NCBI GenBank assembly: GCA_937870675.1
Contig: CALMZN010000019.1
Span: forward strand, 1 to 42,045
Length of the DNA: 42,045 nt
Source: an uncultured bacterium
GTDB lineage: Bacteria; Patescibacteriota; Patescibacteriia; UBA1558; GWA2-36-10
Direction of reading: 5' to 3'
This document shows, one piece after another, positions 1-9,078 of this stretch; the stretch's first letter is position 1; each line of letters starts with the position of its first letter. The position numbers and the translations under genes were made by a program. The notes under the pieces are model-generated. The model made no database searches. It was not told the DNA's origin and saw only the letters and a program-made list of their open reading frames with translations.

Positions 1-252
1 TTAGGTTTTTCTTTTAAAGAAACGTATTTTAAACCAAGGGGTATTCCCTTGAGTACGCTTGATGAAGTTCAGTTAACCATTGAAGAAATGGAGGCCTTAA
101 GATTAAAAAATATTAAAGACCTAGATCAGAATGAATGCGCTAAAAAAATGAAAACATCGCAAAGCACTTTTCAGAGGATTTTATCCTCGGCCTACAAAAA
201 AATAACAGAGGCCCTAATAGAAGGGAAAGCAATTAAGATAATTAATAAATAG
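1..252 (+). CDS. DUF134/UPF0251-type small DNA-binding protein, 5' end cut by window edge
   Basis: Frame 1 is open from base 1 (LGFSFKETYFKPRGIPLSTLDEV...). The YFKPRGIP box plus the HTH-like NECAKKMKTSQSTFQRIL segment is the DUF134 signature. The listed ORF 49..252 is the same frame. Confidence 0.75.
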   Translation, partial: LGFSFKETYFKPRGIPLSTLDEVQLTIEEMEALRLKNIKDLDQNECAKKMKTSQSTFQRILSSAYKKITEALIEGKAIKIINK

Positions 253-285
253 AATTTACACATTTTTTTTGCTATAATTCTTTAT

Positions 286-1374
286 ATGAAAAAAATATTT
301 TTTTTATTATTACTTCTTATACCTATTTTTTCTTTAGCTCAAGAACAAAAACCAGAAGAAATGTTCACAGCCCAAGTTATTGAGGTTATTGAGCAAAAAG
401 AGATTATTGATGAAGTGGGAAGTATTAACCAACAAAATTTAAAGCTAAGGGGTTTAGAGGGTAGTTTCAAAGATCAGGAGATAACTTTTGAAGGAATTAA
501 TAATTTTCAAGTTTTATCTTCTCAGGTCTATAAAAAAGGTGATAAAGTTATAGTTAGTTATAGTCAGGATGTTGACGGCAATAGTATATTTTTTGTTTTG
601 GATTATGATAGGAGTAGCCCTATTATATGGCTAACAATAATTTTTATTTTAAGCGTTATAGCTATTGGTAGATGGAAAGGATTACGCTCCTTACTCGCTT
701 TAGCGGCTAGCTTTATTGTAATTTTAAAATTCATTATTCCGCAGATACTAAGTGGAGCAAACCCAGTAATGATTAGCGTGTCAGGAGCGATTATAATTTT
801 AATTTTTGCTATTTATTTTACACAAGGAATAAATAAAAAAGCACACATAGCTAATTTATCTTTAATTGTATCTTTGCTTTTTACAGCTCTATTATCATTT
901 TGGGTTACCAAGGTCGCTCAATTGACCGGGTATTCAGAAGAGGCATCTTATCTGATGGACATCAGTCAGGGAAATTTAAATTTACAGGGATTGTTATTAG
1001 CGGGCATACTTATTGGCACTCTGGGAGTTTTGGATGATGTTATAATAAGTCAGGTATCTACAGTAGAGCAATTAAAACGGGCTAATTTGCAGTTGAGTAA
1101 TAAACAAATATATGGACGAAGCTTAAAGGTAGGGGTTGATCACATTACATCTATGATAAATACTTTGTTTTTTGCCTATGCTGGCGCTTCTTTACCATTA
1201 CTTATGTTGTTTACTAGGAGTGATGTTAGCGGGCTTAGTTTCTCGCAAGTAATGAATAATGAATTCATTGCCACGGAGATAATTAGAACGTTAGTGGGTA
1301 GTATAGGTATTATACTTTCTATACCAATTGCTAATTATATAGCTAGTTATTTTTTGAAAATTAAACGAGATTAA
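286..1374 (+). CDS. YibE/F-family integral membrane protein
   Basis: 362 aa with an N-terminal signal/TM segment, a soluble beta-rich segment, then multiple TM helices. Carries the GTLGVLDDVIISQVS motif typical of the YibE/F family. Confidence 0.75.
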   Translation: MKKIFFLLLLLIPIFSLAQEQKPEEMFTAQVIEVIEQKEIIDEVGSINQQNLKLRGLEGSFKDQEITFEGINNFQVLSSQVYKKGDKVIVSYSQDVDGNSIFFVLDYDRSSPIIWLTIIFILSVIAIGRWKGLRSLLALAASFIVILKFIIPQILSGANPVMISVSGAIIILIFAIYFTQGINKKAHIANLSLIVSLLFTALLSFWVTKVAQLTGYSEEASYLMDISQGNLNLQGLLLAGILIGTLGVLDDVIISQVSTVEQLKRANLQLSNKQIYGRSLKVGVDHITSMINTLFFAYAGASLPLLMLFTRSDVSGLSFSQVMNNEFIATEIIRTLVGSIGIILSIPIANYIASYFLKIKRD

Positions 1375-1497
1375 GCACAATCATTCTTCACATTATAATT
1401 TAGGGTTAAGACGGATTGCTGTAGTATCCCAGTAGAGTCCATCTACAAAAGGGTGGTTTTCTGGTATACTTATAATGTTTAATATTAAATTAAAATT

Positions 1498-1896
1498 ATG
1501 AAAAAAATTATTAAATTTTTGGTCGCTATTATTTTTTTGGCTCTTATTTCTCTGGTGGTGATTTTCGTTTTTAACCCAATGAACAGCAGGGATAAGCTGA
1601 TTAAGTTGGTGTTGAATAGCTATTTGTCATCAAATATTGAGGGTTACCAGTCACTACCAAAAGATGCTCCAGCGTTTGAAGAGAGATCCTTTGATCATCC
1701 AATACTCAATGATACGCAGGAAAAAATATTGTATGATTTGGGTGTGGACACCAGTAAGTTACCAACGGAAATTACCGAGAGTGCTCAAAAATGTTTTGTT
1801 GACAAACTAGGAGAAAAAAGAGCTGAAGAATTAGTTGGTGGTGCTTCACCAAGTAGCATAGAAATATATAATATAAAAGATTGCTTAGGAGAATAA
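1498..1896 (+). CDS. hypothetical membrane-anchored protein
   Basis: 132-aa ORF with an N-terminal TM helix (IIKFLVAIIFLALISLVVIFVF). A terminator hairpin follows at 1936-1971. No recognisable family. Confidence 0.55.
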   Translation: MKKIIKFLVAIIFLALISLVVIFVFNPMNSRDKLIKLVLNSYLSSNIEGYQSLPKDAPAFEERSFDHPILNDTQEKILYDLGVDTSKLPTEITESAQKCFVDKLGEKRAEELVGGASPSSIEIYNIKDCLGE

Positions 1897-1935
1897 GTGT
1901 GCCAAGCTCATAGTGATAAAAAGTCACCATTGTTC

Positions 1936-1971
1936 GTTTTGCCAAGGTGGTAGCAAAACAAGGGTTTTTTT
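1936..1971 (+). terminator. rho-independent terminator
   Basis: gttttgc caaggtggta gcaaaac followed by ggttttttt. Confidence 0.65.
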
Positions 1972-1986
1972 AATATAATTATTTTT

Positions 1987-2736
1987 ATGGAATCAGATAA
2001 AATTAAACAAGTCGTCAAACAAAGTTATGCTAAACTAGCTAAGCAGTCCTCTGGTTGTGGCTGTAAATGTAGTTGTAGTTCAGATGCTAGCCAGCAAATT
2101 TCTAAAAGCATTGGCTACTCTGACGAAGAGATGACTTCTATACCAGAAGCTAACATGGGCTTGGGTTGTGGGAATCCAATTGCTATCAGTAAAATAAAAG
2201 CTGGAGACATTGTTTTGGATCTTGGTTGTGGGGCTGGTTTTGACGCCTTTTTGGCTGCCAAAAAAGTTGCTAATATCGGCAAGGTCATTGGGGTGGACAT
2301 GACCCAAGAAATGATCGAAAAAGCAAAATCCATTGCAGAAAAATATAATTATAAAAATGTAGAATTCAAATTAGGGGAAATTGAAAATTTACCCATAGAC
2401 GATAATTCCATTGATGTTATTATTAGCAATTGTGTTATTAATTTAGCACCGGATAAATTAAAAGTTTTTCAAGAAGCTCGTAGAGTTTTGAAGCAGGGCG
2501 GTAAGATGTATATTTCCGACATTGTTTTACTTGAGGAATTATCCGAGGAGCAGAGGAGCAATGAAGATTTGATAGCCGGCTGTGTTGGTGGCGCTCTTTT
2601 GAGGGATGATTATATTGCTAGAGTTAAACAAGCTGGCTTGCAAGTCAATATTTTGAGCGAGAATAAAGATATTAGCAAAAAACAGTATCAGGGCTTGCCG
2701 TTGGAGAGTTTGTCCTTGGAGATCATTAAAGTATAA
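1987..2736 (+). CDS. arsM: SAM-dependent methyltransferase, arsenite methyltransferase (ArsM)-like
   Basis: N-terminal Cys cluster GCGCKCSCS, then MGLGCGNP and the SAM motif I VLDLGCGAGFD, and a later Cys (IAGCVGG). This layout matches ArsM/UbiE-type methyltransferases. Confidence 0.8.
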   Translation: MESDKIKQVVKQSYAKLAKQSSGCGCKCSCSSDASQQISKSIGYSDEEMTSIPEANMGLGCGNPIAISKIKAGDIVLDLGCGAGFDAFLAAKKVANIGKVIGVDMTQEMIEKAKSIAEKYNYKNVEFKLGEIENLPIDDNSIDVIISNCVINLAPDKLKVFQEARRVLKQGGKMYISDIVLLEELSEEQRSNEDLIAGCVGGALLRDDYIARVKQAGLQVNILSENKDISKKQYQGLPLESLSLEIIKV

Positions 2737-2758
2737 AAAAATGATTTAGTATAAAAAA

Positions 2759-2789
2759 TACCCGCCTCTCAAGGAAGTGGGTATTTTTT
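2759..2789. terminator. bidirectional terminator between the convergent arsM and FN3 genes
   Basis: tacccgc ...loop... gtgggta, flanked by an A-run (2753-2758) and a T-run (2784-2789). Confidence 0.65.
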
Positions 2790-2816
2790 GTTTTATAAGT
2801 TAAAATCGGCTAAATT

Positions 2817-3923
2817 TTATTTATTTTTACCAAATGATTTGGTAATTTTATTCTTGTATTTATTCATTTGGGAAAAAGCATGTCCAAATTTTTTTTGTTC
2901 TTGCCAGCCCTTGCGATCACCATTCTCATTATTATTATGGCCATCGCAATCGCAGTCACAATCACAGTCGCAAGTTCCATCGTTGTTCGGCAAAGTAGTG
3001 ATGGTGATAGTATTGGAGCTGGCAGATAAGTTACCGGCTGCATCATAGGCCTTGACCATGTAGCTATAGGTGGTCGAGGCAGTCAGGCCAATATCGTTAA
3101 AATGGGCGTTTTTTACAGTAGTAATTTCCAAGCCGTCCCTGAAAACTTTGTAGCCAACAACAGCGATATTGTCAGTTGAAGTCGACCATTTTAGGTTTAC
3201 ATGGCTAAAAGAAACAACTAGGGCTGTTAGATTGCTGGGCGCGCTGGGGGCTGTGGTATCGGCGGTCACCGCAAAAGTAGTGGCTGACGCAGTATTAGAG
3301 TCAGCTGACACATTGTCAGCCGCATCATAGGCCTTGATCACGTAGCTGTAAGTCGTGGAAGCTATCAGGTCAGTATTATAGAAAGTAGTGTTTGTGGAAG
3401 TCGCAATTTGCGTGCCATTCCGAAAAATTTTGTAGCCAACAACAGCAATATTGTCAGTTGACGCTGTCCAGGCCAAATTTATTTGGCTGGTGGAGACGGC
3501 GGTAGCGGTCAGATTAGTAGGCGCACTAGGGATTGTCGTATCAACAGTTGTGGCCAAAGTAGAAGTTGACACTGTGCTTGAAAATTCGGATCTATTGCCA
3601 GCCGCGTCATAGGCCTTGATAGCATAGGCATAAGTAGTTGAGGCCGTTAGACCGACATCATTGAATGTAGTAGTGGCTACATTAGCGATTTCTGCACCGT
3701 TTCTAAAAATCGCATAACCAGTGACCGCCACATCGTCAGTTGACGCTGTCCAGGCCAAATTTATTTGGGCGGAGGAAATAGCCATAGCCGTCAGACTAGT
3801 GGGCGCAGAGGGAGGAGTGGTGTCATCCACGGCTAGAGCCGAGCTGATACCCCAAAAAGAAAAAATGGCGATTAACAATGCTCCAAGTATCGGCAATGCT
3901 TTTTTAGTAAGTTTTTTTGTCAT
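2817..3923 (-). CDS. secreted protein with three tandem fibronectin type III-like repeats and a C-terminal (Cys-Asp)5 tract
   Basis: Signal/TM N-terminus. Three 94-aa repeats of the form PSAPtNLTA..SQINLAWTASTDN.AV.GY.IFRNG...TTYSY.IKAYDAAGN. Ends with DGTCDCDCDCDCDGH followed by a basic tail. Confidence 0.85.
   Translation of the reverse strand: MTKKLTKKALPILGALLIAIFSFWGISSALAVDDTTPPSAPTSLTAMAISSAQINLAWTASTDDVAVTGYAIFRNGAEIANVATTTFNDVGLTASTTYAYAIKAYDAAGNRSEFSSTVSTSTLATTVDTTIPSAPTNLTATAVSTSQINLAWTASTDNIAVVGYKIFRNGTQIATSTNTTFYNTDLIASTTYSYVIKAYDAADNVSADSNTASATTFAVTADTTAPSAPSNLTALVVSFSHVNLKWSTSTDNIAVVGYKVFRDGLEITTVKNAHFNDIGLTASTTYSYMVKAYDAAGNLSASSNTITITTLPNNDGTCDCDCDCDCDGHNNNENGDRKGWQEQKKFGHAFSQMNKYKNKITKSFGKNK
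2943..2972 (-). repeat. hexanucleotide repeat (RTCRCA)x5 encoding CDCDCDCDCD
   Basis: The plus strand reads atcgca atcgca gtcaca atcaca gtcgca. The reverse complement is TGYGAY x5, encoding Cys-Asp dipeptides. Confidence 0.9.
2976..3812 (-). repeat. three tandem ~282-nt coding repeats (FN3 units) inside the 2817..3923 gene
   Basis: The protein repeats start at residues 38, 132 and 226, a 94-aa period. The nucleotide tracts are visibly similar, for example gccgcatcataggccttga recurring. Confidence 0.8.
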
Positions 3924-4103
3924 ACATTTTTGTTTAATAATTAGTTTGATTTATTAGCGCTAAACTTATATAGATATATTACAAAATAATAATAATTATG
4001 TTACAGATTGAGGTTTTTGGTGTATATTAACTAGGTTTTTGACTAAACTTAGTATTCTGCTATATTAATGTGAGACAATCTGCCGAGTTATTTGTATATT
4101 AAT

Positions 4104-4595
4104 ATGGAGATCAGCCACAATAATTTTATAGGGTATTATAATCAATATAAGGATAAAATATATACCTATTTTTTGTATCGAGTTGGCTTCAAGCGAGAGC
4201 TGGCCGAGGATTTGACCTCCGAAGTGTTTTTGAAGGCCTTGGATAATTTTGACGGTTTTGATCAGAACAGATCTTTTCAATCATGGATTTATGCTATTGC
4301 CCACAATCATTTGGTTAATTATTATCGGACAGCCAATCGGGAGGTGGAGCTTGCGGAAAATACATTTAGCACGCGAAGCGATATTCAAAAAATTGAGTTG
4401 GGCTATGAGTTGGAGATGGTTTTGAAAGAGATCAATAATATGGAGGAAAGTGACAAGGAAGTTTTGCTGATGAGATTTGTGGATCAGCTAAGCAATACGG
4501 AAATTGCCGAATTGTTGGGTAAAGAAGATGGCGCCATTCGTACTAGGATCAGTCGTAGCTTGGTCAAGCTAAGAGGCAAGTTAAAAAATTTTTAA
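4104..4595 (+). CDS. ECF-type RNA polymerase sigma-70 family factor
   Basis: Region 2 (FQSWIYAIAHNHLVNYYR) and region 4 HTH (LSNTEIAELLGKEDGAIRTRISRSLVKLR) are present. The listed ORF starts at TTG 4092, but ATG 4104 is more likely. Confidence 0.85.
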   Translation: MEISHNNFIGYYNQYKDKIYTYFLYRVGFKRELAEDLTSEVFLKALDNFDGFDQNRSFQSWIYAIAHNHLVNYYRTANREVELAENTFSTRSDIQKIELGYELEMVLKEINNMEESDKEVLLMRFVDQLSNTEIAELLGKEDGAIRTRISRSLVKLRGKLKNF

Positions 4596-4605
4596 CCAGA
4601 CAAAT

Positions 4606-5460
4606 ATGGAAGATTTGGAACAACAATTATCTAAATTACCCAAAGCCAGGCTTAGTAAAAGAGCTGACTTTAAAATTAAATTTAAAATTCGTGGTTTGGT
4701 ATTGTTAAAAAATTTGCAAAAATTTGTTAAAATATTTTTTCATCCCCATTCTTTGGTGGCTAAAGTTTCACTGACAGCTTTGGCAATTTTTGTGGTTTTG
4801 GGTGGCACGGCCGTCTATGCAGTCAATAATGACCAAGTCACTCCAGGTAGCGTCCTTTATCCTCTGAAAAAAACTATTGAAAATGTCGAACAACAATTAT
4901 CTTTGACTAAAAATGCCAAAGTAGACACTTTGAATAAATTGTCAGAACGCCGTCTTAAAGAGGCCTTGAATCTGGCTGGGCAAGATGACGCTAAAAAAGA
5001 CAGCGATCAGGTGGAAAAAGTCAATAATAATATTGAACAGAGCATTGATGAGGCGGTAAATAATTTTGACTCGGCCATTGAGACCTCTCAAAAAATTGAA
5101 GACGCGGAAGATTCTCAGAAAGCTAGGGAAGTTTTGAAGAAGAAACAGGAATCCATGGTAAAATATTTGGACAACATCAGTGATATTGCTAAAAATAAAA
5201 AGGATGAGAAGATGGTGAAAAAAATTAATGAAGCCAAAGAAGCCATTAGTAAATACGATCAGATGCTCGAGCGGGATGATAGTGATGTGTATATTGAGCC
5301 AGCTCCAAATAGTGGGAATGGCGGTGTCATGAAAAACTCAAGAGATAATGATAGCAGTCGATCAAATAACGGTGAAAGTAAAGATGAAGGCAATGTGGAT
5401 TCTGCCAATAGTCCGGAATCAAATCGCGATTCAGGTCAAGGTAGAGGTCGTCGAGATTAA
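4606..5460 (+). CDS. membrane protein downstream of the sigma factor, putative anti-sigma/DUF5667-like
   Basis: 284 aa with one TM helix (LTALAIFVVLGGTAVYAV), a coiled-coil charged extracytoplasmic part and a low-complexity Ser/Asn/Asp/Arg tail. Starts 10 nt after the sigma gene stop. Confidence 0.5.
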   Translation: MEDLEQQLSKLPKARLSKRADFKIKFKIRGLVLLKNLQKFVKIFFHPHSLVAKVSLTALAIFVVLGGTAVYAVNNDQVTPGSVLYPLKKTIENVEQQLSLTKNAKVDTLNKLSERRLKEALNLAGQDDAKKDSDQVEKVNNNIEQSIDEAVNNFDSAIETSQKIEDAEDSQKAREVLKKKQESMVKYLDNISDIAKNKKDEKMVKKINEAKEAISKYDQMLERDDSDVYIEPAPNSGNGGVMKNSRDNDSSRSNNGESKDEGNVDSANSPESNRDSGQGRGRRD

Positions 5461-5619
5461 TGGCAAGTTTAATTTCAGGAAATAATTGTTTGGCCACAGA
5501 CGAGAGTGGAGCTGAAGCGGCTGGGACAAATTTATATCGCAAATAGTCCGTCTAAGCTTGATTTTATTCTGATAAACAGCTATAATAGCTGATATTTATA
5601 ATTTACAAGAATAAGCTAT

Positions 5620-5745
5620 ATGGCACACAGAATCGCCGTGGGAACAGATAGGCAAAAATCACGCTCCAAGAAAACTCCAAAAAGATTGGAAATAAAAAGA
5701 TTGATGCTTGAGGCCAAAGCCGCCAAAAGGCATAAGAAGGGTTAG
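5620..5745 (+). CDS. candidate 41-aa highly basic small protein
   Basis: ATG 5620 to TAG 5745 encodes MAHRIAVGTDRQKSRSKKTPKRLEIKRLMLEAKAAKRHKKG. TATAAT-like boxes lie upstream (5581-5600) and a terminator hairpin lies downstream (5788-5809). The ORF is below the ORF-track cutoff. Confidence 0.3.
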   Translation: MAHRIAVGTDRQKSRSKKTPKRLEIKRLMLEAKAAKRHKKG

Positions 5746-5787
5746 TTATAATTTTTTGCCAGTCAAACAATTATTTTTCAAACCAAG

Positions 5788-5809
5788 ATCGCCGATTTGG
5801 CGATTTTTT
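5788..5809 (+). terminator. rho-independent terminator fused to a TGTTATACT box
   Basis: atcgcc gattt ggcgat tttttt, then tgttatact at 5809-5817. Confidence 0.7.
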
Positions 5810-5846
5810 GTTATACTGATTGGGCAATTATTAAATAAATAAAAAT

Positions 5847-6326
5847 ATGTCTCCAGAAAGAATACCTAATAACATTATAAATTTAGATCAAAATAGAATA
5901 AATCAAGCTTTTCAGGATCGTTTAGAAAAAACTGGCGAAATAGATGATATTATGTCGGATGTAGATGAACAAATAGCTAGATACGAAGAACGTCGTGAGG
6001 CCGGCAAAGAAACAAGGGGTAAGTGGTCTATTTGGGTTGTTGATCAAGCAGAGGACGAGGTTGATGGTGTCAATCCAATTCGTTTTATCGTTGGTAAAGA
6101 TGATGGCGGAAAATTTATTTTAATGCCAAATGATACAGAACACATGCATAAAGAATTTATTTTTTCTACCGACAGAGAAGCTGAGGCAGCGCAGCATGAT
6201 TTGGCGCAACAGTTTCCAGAAATCAAATCAGGTAATTTTAGAGTATTATGCGGTGGTATAGACGAGCAGCAATTAGATCAGCCACAACTAAGGGTGATTG
6301 ATGGCGCTAAGAAAGATAATAAATAA
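5847..6326 (+). CDS. hypothetical acidic protein
   Basis: 159-aa ORF with no recognisable motifs. Tightly followed by the next gene. Confidence 0.55.
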   Translation: MSPERIPNNIINLDQNRINQAFQDRLEKTGEIDDIMSDVDEQIARYEERREAGKETRGKWSIWVVDQAEDEVDGVNPIRFIVGKDDGGKFILMPNDTEHMHKEFIFSTDREAEAAQHDLAQQFPEIKSGNFRVLCGGIDEQQLDQPQLRVIDGAKKDNK

Positions 6327-6327
6327 T

Positions 6328-6723
6328 ATGGAAAATATAAAAACACACTCAAAAGCAATCCGTTTGTTTTACTTCTGGGTCGGCATTGTCGCCACTTTTG
6401 CTTATCGTGTTATTATTGTGCTGAATTTTTACAGTAATACTTGGGTAAAAATATCATGGTATGTTGGCACTATTGGTTTTATAGTTTATTATATTCATCG
6501 TTTTGATATATCAAAAAAGCGTTCGCGTGTTATTATAGAGCATGGATTGCGTGAAAAGTTGGATCATCCCGAAAAATTAGACGAAGCTGATCATCAAGCT
6601 TTGGCTTATATTTTGGACACCTTGGTATCTTCCAAAGAAAAATGGAATAATTATTTTATTTTTATTCTGTCTGGCTTGGTATTGGTTGTTGGCGTGTTGC
6701 TGGACTTTGTTTTTAAGAAATAA
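6328..6723 (+). CDS. hypothetical membrane protein
   Basis: MENIKTHSKAIRLFYFWVGIV... with about 3 TM helices. ATG 6328 directly follows the stop of the previous gene. The listed ORF begins at 6298. Confidence 0.55.
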   Translation: MENIKTHSKAIRLFYFWVGIVATFAYRVIIVLNFYSNTWVKISWYVGTIGFIVYYIHRFDISKKRSRVIIEHGLREKLDHPEKLDEADHQALAYILDTLVSSKEKWNNYFIFILSGLVLVVGVLLDFVFKK

Positions 6724-6737
6724 TTTTTTATAAAAAT

Positions 6738-8252
6738 ATGCGTCATGATTTGTTGGATAAATTTTTGCAAGACAAACAATGTCTAGCCGTGGTCTGCAAT
6801 CAATGGGGAGATACAGGCAAAGGAAAGTTGGTTGATTTGCTGGCGGCACTTTGGGCGGATATTATTATCCGTGGCACAGGTGGAGCTAATGCTGGCCACA
6901 CCATAGTAGTCAAAGGCCAAAAACATATTTTTCATCTTTTGCCTTCTGGTATTTTGCATGACGTGACAGGCAAGATAAATGTCATTGGTCGCGGTGTGGC
7001 TTTTGATCCGCAGGCGGTCATTGATGAATTGGATATTTTGCATATTGCCGGAATTGATGTCAAAAATTTTAAAATCAGTCATCAGGCCCCATTGGTTTTG
7101 CCTTATCATATTTTGATAGACAGGATTGGTGACAAAGCACAACAGATTGGCACCACTGGCCGAGGCATCGGGCCACTATATACGGATTATACTGCTCGGC
7201 ACTCTTTGTTTCTCAACGATATTTTTAACAAAGATTTATTTAGAGAAAAGTTAACAAAATATTTGGCCAGTAAAAAAAGTATTTTAGCGGGTTTAGATAA
7301 AAATGTGGCTAAAGAAGTTTTGGCTCACCCGCATTTGGCTTCAGGAATTTATTTTAATCCTGAAACAATTTTGGATGTTGAAGCCATAGTGGCTAAATAT
7401 ACCGGTGATTTTGCCAATAAATTAAAGCCCTATATTATAGATTTAGAAAAATTTGTGCAAAATGCTTTGGTGTCTAAGAAAAAAATTCTATTAGAAGGCG
7501 CTCAAGGCACATTATTGAGTATTGATCACGGCACCACCAAATATCAGACCTCTTCTGACTGCACTATAGCTGGCCTAGCCAAAGGGGCTGGCCTTAGGGA
7601 GGGTCAGGTAGATCACGTTTTTGGTATTGCCAAGGCCTTCTATATGACCAGAGTCGGTCATGGGCCTTTTCCCACCGAGTTTGGGGGCTTGCTGAGCGAA
7701 AAATATTGCGAACAAGGCATAACTCGTGAGCAAGAAAAAGCCGAACACGCGGATAAAATTGATGAATATTTGCAGGCCGATGACCAGTTCAACTTAGGCA
7801 TTGCTGTACGCTTGCTGGGCGATGAATATGGCGCCACTACTGGACGCACTCGTCGCAATGGTTGGTTGGATTTGGTGGCCTTGAAATATGCCATGCAATA
7901 CAACGACCAGAGCTTGACGCTGACCAAAGTTGATGTTTTGGATAAGTTCAAAAAAATTAAATTAGGTGTAGCTTACAAATACTTGGGGCCAGATATTTTT
8001 TATGCGGGTCAGGAATTAAAAACCAATCAGGAGATAGATTTTTTCCCGCGTTTTTCAGAGATTTTGTATAATTGTGAGCCGGTCTATAAAGAATTTGACG
8101 GCTGGCAGACAACCATTTCTGACTTGGAGAACTACAATGATTTGCCGTCAGCTATTAAAGTAATAGTTGATTTCATCGAGCAATACACTGGCGGGAAAAT
8201 AGACATTATTTCCGTTGGCCCGGACAGAGAGCAAACAATTTTTAAATTTTAA
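6738..8252 (+). CDS. purA: adenylosuccinate synthetase
   Basis: Motifs QWGDTGKGKLVDLL, GGANAGHT, TTGRGIGP and GATTGRTRR are present. At 504 aa it is longer than the usual ~430 aa, with an extra segment around EKYCEQGITREQEKAEHADKIDEYLQADDQ. Confidence 0.92.
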   Translation: MRHDLLDKFLQDKQCLAVVCNQWGDTGKGKLVDLLAALWADIIIRGTGGANAGHTIVVKGQKHIFHLLPSGILHDVTGKINVIGRGVAFDPQAVIDELDILHIAGIDVKNFKISHQAPLVLPYHILIDRIGDKAQQIGTTGRGIGPLYTDYTARHSLFLNDIFNKDLFREKLTKYLASKKSILAGLDKNVAKEVLAHPHLASGIYFNPETILDVEAIVAKYTGDFANKLKPYIIDLEKFVQNALVSKKKILLEGAQGTLLSIDHGTTKYQTSSDCTIAGLAKGAGLREGQVDHVFGIAKAFYMTRVGHGPFPTEFGGLLSEKYCEQGITREQEKAEHADKIDEYLQADDQFNLGIAVRLLGDEYGATTGRTRRNGWLDLVALKYAMQYNDQSLTLTKVDVLDKFKKIKLGVAYKYLGPDIFYAGQELKTNQEIDFFPRFSEILYNCEPVYKEFDGWQTTISDLENYNDLPSAIKVIVDFIEQYTGGKIDIISVGPDREQTIFKF

Positions 8253-8465
8253 TATTATTATAACTATTCCCACTATTGCCGCCCATCCACTAGCTTTTGT
8301 GTATGTGTTTTAGCTATATCTTTTGTGATCGTAGGTGTTTTTGTGCCGGTTTTTTATAAGAAAAAGTGGTTGTAGTTTTCTACCGGTCAATATTAAATAC
8401 CCCTTTGAGTTTAGGAGTATTTTTGTTATGCTTTAATTGGGTTTATGGCCTTGTGCCATGAGTGG

Positions 8466-8499
8466 TTTTGAAATAAATATTGGTTTGTTTGCGTATTAA
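8466..8499 (+). promoter_or_regulatory. ECF-type promoter motif TTTTGAAATAA-N15-CGTATTAA upstream of the second sigma gene
   Basis: ttttgaaataa at 8466-8476 and cgtattaa at 8492-8499. The ATG at 8505 is only 7 nt past the CGTATT hexamer. Confidence 0.5.
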
Positions 8500-8504
8500 A
8501 AACT

Positions 8505-9074
8505 ATGGTGATCAATGAGGATAAGTTTGAAAAAAGCGATATAGAGCTGGTTAGGATGACCTTGTTTGATCAAGAGAATTTTTTGTATTTGGTTCAACGT
8601 TATGAAAAAAAATTACTGCGTTTTATCCAGAGAATTTCTGGCCTGAGCTCGGACGATGCACAGGATTTGTTGCAGGAAGTGTTTATCAAGGTTTATCAAA
8701 ATTTAAATGACTTTGATCAGAGTTTGAAATTTTCTTCTTGGCTGTATCGTATTACTCATAACCAAGTAATTAGCAATTATCGCAAGAATAAGAGTCGGCC
8801 ACAGTTGTCATTGTTTGATCTGGACTGGGAGTCCTGTGAACAGCTGGCCAGTGATTTTGATATCAATCAAAGTTTAGACCAAGGCATTCTGAAAGAAAAA
8901 ATGTCTCGAGCTTTGGATAGTTTGGACTTGAAATATAAAGAAGTGATTATTTTAAAATATTTAGAAGATAGAAGCTATGAAGAAATATCAGATATTATCA
9001 AAAAACCAGTGAGTACAGTCGGCACTTTGTTGCGTCGAGCCAAAAAATCTTTGCAAAAAGAATTTAAAAAATAA
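8505..9074 (+). CDS. ECF-type RNA polymerase sigma-70 family factor
   Basis: Region 2 (FSSWLYRITHNQVISNYRK) and region 4 (RSYEEISDIIKKPVSTVGTLLRRAKKSL) are present. Confidence 0.85.
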   Translation: MVINEDKFEKSDIELVRMTLFDQENFLYLVQRYEKKLLRFIQRISGLSSDDAQDLLQEVFIKVYQNLNDFDQSLKFSSWLYRITHNQVISNYRKNKSRPQLSLFDLDWESCEQLASDFDINQSLDQGILKEKMSRALDSLDLKYKEVIILKYLEDRSYEEISDIIKKPVSTVGTLLRRAKKSLQKEFKK

Positions 9075-9078
9075 ATAT

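Noticed and set aside
2788-3048. The plus-strand 86-aa ORF with an SQSQSQSQSQ tract, and the 60-aa minus ORF at 2864..3046.
   Set aside because: Both are shadow frames of the FN3 gene's CDCDCD hexamer repeat region. The FN3 frame has clear domain repeats.
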